Origin: Octopus bimaculoides
Lineage: Eukaryota
DNA length: 64,000 nucleotides
Assembly: GCF_001194135.2 (NCBI RefSeq)
Contig: NC_069005.1
Coordinates: forward strand, 29,336,834-29,400,833
Direction: 5' to 3'
A program made the translations under genes and the position numbers. Of this stretch, positions 1 to 64,000 are shown in pieces. The notes under the pieces are model-generated. The model did not search any database. It was not told where the DNA came from and saw only the letters and a program-made list of their open reading frames with translations. The first letter of the stretch is position 1, and the number at the start of each line of letters is the position of its first letter.

Positions 1-1570
1 AACACTATTAAATTTACTAAAACGCAGCATGTGTTTGTCAAGAGTACATATACCTACATATATACACTAGTAAAGTAAATAATATACAAGACAAGTAAAT
101 TAATCACAGAAGACATATTCACAGATGCTTCTTTGCCAGTGTCTGCGGCAGGGGGAGTTGTAGTAACCAGAAGAGTGGAAACTTGTCAGAGTTTCTTATT
201 TTTACTAAGAAGAGACATTGACTCAAACAACATAAACAATCTCAAGACATTTGAGATATCAAGTAACTGGAAGATTCTTAACAAGGAGAGTAATGTTAAA
301 GGTTCTGTTCTATTGACATCGAAAAGACAAATGTTTCTCATGGCTTTTTTTTTACTGTTGATTTGAAACAGAACCCTGACAATACAAACTCATTGAGTTG
401 TATGATCATGAAGCTCCCAATATTGGTTTCAAGTTTTGGCACATGGCCAGCAGTTTTGGGAGGGAGAGGCCAAGACGAATCGACTCCGGTGCTTATTTTA
501 TCAACTCCAAAACTATGAAAGGCAAAATCAACTCCAGCAGAGTTTGAACACAAACGGACGATATGCTGCTGAGTATCTTGTCCAGCATGTTAACGATTCT
601 GCCAGCTCACTACCTTAGATATTGATATCGTAACGTTCACAGCATATAATAAGACATGCACAAACAAAGAACCAAGAAGAAAGCAGGTAAACCACTTCTA
701 ATGAGTTAGACATAAAAAAAAAGCACTATTTAAAGATAATAATTTAATTTCATTTACTGTGAAGTAACATTTGAACTTGTATATAACTTACCGTAAACGC
801 GCGAATACAAGGTGGCATCAGGAAGAGGCCATCATGAATTGAAAAAGAAAATAAATAACATTTATGAAATATAAATATCTAAATTATGATTCAAAACAAA
901 CAGGAAATAAATTTGTATAAACAGGTAGAAAAAAAACACAACATAACTGAAATCTTATAGAAAATGGTAAAAATTCATTTTAGCATTTAAAAGTAAAGGC
1001 TCAGACCCATGAGCTTACAATAAAGATCCCCAACACCTGAATCACTAAGCCATATGCCTCTTCCCCCACCCCACCCCACAAAAGATACAAAAAGTAGGAA
1101 TTTAGGAAGCAAATTAAATGTTTTTAAAACAATATACATTTGAAAGGGGAGTGTTTTGTTGATTTTTTTTCTCCTTTTTTTAAATGTAAGCTTTTGAATT
1201 TTCCAATTTTTGACCCCCCCATCATTCCTATATTTACAAATGTAGACCCTTCGAGAAAACAGGGATCCTTTAATTCAATGAAGTTGAAACTTCACCAATA
1301 TCTAAGTTTGATAAAAACAGACATGAGTTCCTAAATTCATAGGTTTTGATAAGTTCCCTTCCGCCCTTGGGCTAATAAGAAGTAAATGAAAATGAACCAA
1401 GTCATTTAGTGTTCTGAAAGAAACTACTACAAAGATTTGTGTTAAAAAAAAATTAAACACCAGTCTAAGCATTATAATATCATACATATACATTCATATA
1501 CACACACACTCACAGGTAATGTTTATTTGAATGGGCAACAACAAAAACATATAAAGTAGGATAACAATCA

Positions 1571-58765
<57,195 letters not shown>

Positions 58766-61700
58766 CTCTGAAATTTAAATAATTATAAATTTCAACCAAC
58801 TTCCATCATTTAAAAATCAAGTACACATTATTTTACACGATGTCTTGTATACAAGTTTTATATACACACAAAATAATTTGGGAAAGCATCTTTGCAGCTG
58901 AGTATGTGTCTGTCTATTTAAAGTCCTGCACTCACTATTATAAAGATCAGGTTTAACTTGACAAAAGGATTTAAAACTTTAATATTTTCCAAAAAGGGAA
59001 CTCTCAAAAATCTTCATTAATATGTTAATTTTCCAGAACAAAAATTTTCCTCCTACCAACTGCTGCATTAAACCAAAATAAAATAAAATTTCCTTTCTGA
59101 ACTGACAAATTAATCCTAATATAAAAATCTTAAGTCAATTACAATTAAGTAAAAAAGAAAATTTAACAAATTAATGTAAACAGCATTCATGTAATAGATA
59201 AGTTTGAATTTCAGTACATTTTTCTTCTTCATTAGCAGTGAGATTTTGTAAAGTGTAGACAATTTTAAAACAGGTCTTAACAAAAAGATACCACCTAAGT
59301 AGACTACAAAAACTATGGTTAATGTTATCAAATGAATGCAGAGCAGTCTGATCACTGCGAAGTGAATTTGATAAAATATTCCATTTCAAAAAAAGCAGCT
59401 TAATTAATGGTCCCCTCTTCAAGTAAACTATATTTAAATATAAAAATCATTAATAAGTATTGAGAAACTTGTGCTAACAATTGTCACAAAATCATAAATT
59501 TAATGTTTTTTTTTTTTAGTTCTAAGAAATAACTAAATGATTAACCTGAAAAAAGGTCTTTGATACTATCTGCACAAATTAACTAACGTCAGAAATAATT
59601 ATTAATTATCCTTCCATTTTGAATATGACAAAAATCACATCTGCTTCCTTGAATTTGCTCTACTGGCCATGTGTGCCTTTCAAATTTTTTGTTACTTGCA
59701 ACTAATCTCTCTAGTTTTGCTAATGAAAGATACTATGTATTTATTCAAACCACTAAAACATGTTAAATCTCCTACTGTTTTGAAAAAGCAATGATACAAA
59801 ACAATTATGCTTTTGGTCATAGGCCTGCTCAACCGAAAGTGACTTGGATCTACACAAATTTGGAGCTAAAATCATATGCAGTTACAACTAAATCTCTGCA
59901 ATATAAGCCTAAATCTCCATTTGCCGAGGCTGCAAATAAAGGTAAAATTGCCACAAGGAATTTAGATATCTGTTACAAAAAGAAGTCACAAGAGTTGTAT
60001 TTTTATTTACAAGAAGGAAAATCTAAAAGTTCTCAAAAATCCTGTGTAAAATACGGGTTTCAAGTTTTGGCAAAAGGCCAGAGGGTTTGGGGGAGGGACT
60101 AAGTCAATTATATCGACCCCCAGTGTAACTGGTACTTACTTTATCGACCTCAAAAGGCTAAGGTGGGGCCCCGGCGGAATTTGAACTCAGAACGTAAAAA
60201 GACAAAATGGCACTAAGTATTTTTCCTGGCATGCTAAAAATTCTGCCAGCTCACTGCCCTAATCTTGTGTAAAATATTTTTTTTAAATGTTTGTGAAATT
60301 AATTCTAAGCAAAACTTCTTCAATAAATGAGATGGCTATTGATCCCAGTGCCATCTATTCACTGATCTAAAACAGATTTTAGAGAAACAAAATACATAAT
60401 TATAACTGTATAAATACAATCAACTGTATTAATATATGTCACATAGAAAAATTAAATATTTCTTTAAAAAATACTGACAAAAATACCTTGTATTTCTATC
60501 ACTTTGAGATTAGTGTTTTTTCTGCACTTTTAAAACTCAATGTTTTAACAATTACAACTTTCACATTCCTAAAAGTGTTATACTTAAGTATTTTGGAGAT
60601 TTTTTTCAGTAAATGTATTTCACTTTGGTTCCTTTTTAGTTTACTTTGAATTCTCAAAACTGGACTCCTCTAATCCAAAACTAGTCAAATATGTTCAAAG
60701 ATATTAGAGTGGTCATGTTTACCTTAGTATATATAATAAAAAAGATGCATTTTGATATTCAAACCAGACCCAATTGTAAAACAACAGTTCTGATTTTTTT
60801 GAATACTACTTCAAACCCACCTGACTTATATCATCATTGACAAATAAAATATGTAATTTAATGTATTTTCTTTTTTTTTTCTTTTTTGCTTTGATTTTTA
60901 AAATGCTGATGAAAACTTATCCAGTCCCTATAACCACCAAAACTTTTTAATATATGAAGAAGTTCTTTGATCTCAAAATACCTGGAAGTCAAAGAGGAAG
61001 CTGTAAATCCACAGAAGACAAATATATGATCTTTAACCATTACTACTGCCACATGTTATAAAGACTGGTTCTGTCTATGCCCATACCTAGCCCTTTCAAG
61101 TCCCTTTTAACTGCAGCTAAACATTGTAGTTTCATTCTTCATTGACATACAAGTTAATATGACTCAATAATTGACAGATACTGGCACAAGATCAATGTTT
61201 TTAAACTCCACTGATAATTTATTTTAAATAGTTCCTTTAAATTGATAGTGCTATCAGATTGAGACTTGGAAATTTTAAATCTATGTAACACCAACATCAA
61301 AACAAACTGAACTGTTGAAGTAATATGTGAAATACAGTCCCAAAATAGATTTAAGCTTTCAAGTCTGAATCTTTCTAAAAATGGAATTGGTTCAAATTTA
61401 TTTGATGCTTTATAGTAATTAAAAAAAATTTGAAAGCTGACCAGTTATTTATCATCTAAAACCCCGATTCCTATAAAATTTTTATTTGAAGTACAAAGGA
61501 AAAATGAATGCTGTAATCAAACTATTATATATGCAGCCCAGTTCTTCAGTCCTCACATTTTCTTCCTTTTAACAAATTCTTTTATTGATCTTTTAGTAGA
61601 AAGTGATTTTTAAAAAAAACAAAAAAAAACATTTCATATCTTGAAATATTTTAAATTGAAATCTTCCCAGCTGGAAAAAACTACCAACTGTTAAATTTTT

Positions 61701-64000
61701 AAAATCTGGTAAAATGTCCGTAAAAGAAATGGTAACAGCTAAGTGAAATAAATGATCCTCTAAGCTATTAAATTCTCAACAGTATCAACTAGCATGTCTC
61801 CTAGCATCAACAGCAACTGACAAGTTGAAAAAGCAGTCATGAATTATATTGATTTTATTTGAACGGTACAAGGACAATTTTTATAGAGCGAGCAGAGTAA
61901 TTGATTAATCTAATAATATATATATATCTAGCACATAACTAAGTCCTAGGACGCAAAATAAAAATGTCAACCCAATGAGACTGGAACTTAAAAACAGTGA
62001 ATCCCCACCCTTCTGTCTCAGTCAAATTTTGATGTTCTACTAAATAGTAATCATACACAAACAGCAGAGATTTAACAGGGAGGTCATGCGCTAATCTCAG
62101 CATATTTGATATAAAAAGAAAATAGGAAACCTTTATGTTAATGTTTACACAGAGATATAGACTATTACAGACAACCGGTTCTTCTACATTACTCGTCTCC
62201 ATTATAATGTCAATTACTTCGAGATTATCACGATTATTATCAGTGCTTTAATGAAGAAATTAACACAGCTTTTTTTAAATAATTTTCCTGTTATACCAGA
62301 GAAACTAACTATATTCTTTAACATATTTTGTCATGGGTTATTACAGAATGTCTTATATGCCCTCAAATATAAATTCAATTGCAATTATTTTTCATATGCC
62401 ATTGAAATGTCAATAACTAAAACAAATCTAAAACTATCTAAAAAAAATCCTTGAATCCAGGACCTCCGGACTCTCCCACCTCAGCAATTCAATATTGGAT
62501 CTATTTATGTAACAGCACTTCAATAATACTAACAATTCCGTCTTTGTAGCAAGTCAACAAGAGCTTCTACAAGGTTGATCAATCTACTAAAAATAACAAC
62601 CAAACATTCCTCAAATTTCACCCAATCAATGTATAAATAATAATAATAATAAAGATGGTTATAGCTGGATCATATGAAGATCAATGCCTACATACTTCAA
62701 ATCTTCACGTTTGCCAAATTCTAAGACATCAACTTGGGCAGCAACTTGCCCATAATAAATAAGCACCAAAGAATTTACACTTTGAATATATTAAGTAATC
62801 TCTCACTGGCATTGAAGTTCAGCCTCTAAATTTTTACCCCCTCCTGTTGCTACCAACCAGATTCCCCATGTCGTTGCAGCTTCTTCAAGAAACCCACATT
62901 AAGCACTAATTCAACCCTTTCTCAAAACTGTCCCTATTTATCTCAGATTTTTCTTTTCAACTATTACCAATTCACGATTTAAATCACCAACTACACAAAC
63001 CCCATATCCCTTGTTTGGCGTTAATCTGTTTTAAAGTTACTGCTACTACTTCACTTGAGTCTTAGCATTATACAAAGATAAAAACTATTTTCCAACACAC
63101 CATCTTCTCCGAGTATTCTGTTCATATTTTCAACAAACATTTCAACTTGTCTAATTTCAAAACTTACATTGTTTCAAGTCTTCAATTAACTCTTTCACAC
63201 ACACACACATTTTTATTCCGAATTTCGATGCTATTATTCACACCTGAATACCTCTAGTTTTAAAAATCATCACTTCTCTTGCAACATGAATTCTAAATTA
63301 AAAAAATAATAGACACAATTTACTCTAAAAGACCCAAATTTCGCACGAGTCACATAAAACGTTAAACGTAGTCGTAAAAGTCTCTTTGCAACTTTCCACC
63401 CATCATTACATTCCCGTCATATCAACATGTTGTACTACACATAGTGGCTAATTTAATTGAACAGGTGTATTGCACACATTTGCCTAGGTGTAACAGTTAA
63501 AGTTTTTTTGTTGTTTTTTTTTTAATATTAATAAACAAACTGTGCGAAGGCAAATACGACAGGTTTTACACTATAGAATTGGCCCAATTGTAAATTTTAT
63601 CAAAATCAATATACGAGCGATTTTGAAACTACGAAATTTTCTTACCAGAAGAACCACACAAGACAAATATATAGAATAATATATGAAAGAAAATGTCAAA
63701 ATTGGAACTCCGCAAATATTACGTAAGTCTTAGTGACTTTTCTCTTCCGCTCAAAAGATCTGGACTTGGTAAGCAGTTTCGTGAAAAATTTGATTTGAAT
63801 TAAAATTTTGGTCATTGGAGAGAAGGGTGTATCTAATTAAATGGTGCTAATTGGTTAACGGTTTGTTCATTTGCAAAAAGTTTCGAGTCTACTCAGGTGT
63901 GATGGAACCAAACAGTAACAGAATCAAAATGGAACGCCAACAATACCGTCACACATACATACTATATATATATATACACACACACACACACATACATATA

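Noticed and set aside
120-200. Minus-strand peptide-like stretch VTTTPPAADTGKEAS with a gtgaat donor
   Set aside because: Acceptors are weak and the segment changes phase 1 to 0; the next true exon is outside the window, so it cannot be tested

Overview
AT-rich animal genomic DNA with dense microsatellites and SINE-like repeats; the repeat landscape suggests an octopus or other coleoid cephalopod (inference). The window is occupied by one minus-strand gene, a CHD3/4/5 (Mi-2) chromatin remodeler. I traced 25 coding exons (about 1,320 codons) from 58765 to 1615 with mutually consistent splice phases: acidic/Lys-rich N-terminus, CHDNT, PHD1, PHD2, two chromodomains, SNF2 ATPase (GLGKT, DEAH), helicase C and the start of the post-helicase region. 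The 3' end runs off the left edge, and any upstream or untranslated first exon probably lies at or beyond the right edge. Two very long introns (15.7 kb and 13 kb) isolate the PHD2 exon. The 15.7 kb intron holds a near-complete mariner element split by a Ty3/Gypsy LTR element that has an abnormal right end. The 13 kb intron holds a run of candidate in-frame microexons (27, 21, 12, 42 and possibly 6 nt) that would add a variable linker between PHD2 and chromodomain 1. This is the most interesting lead, but it is a splice-signal prediction with a real chance background and needs RNA-seq. Also present: a TTAA-flanked piggyBac-like MITE family, several SINE-like families, AG|GT recursive-splice-like sites and six assembly gaps.
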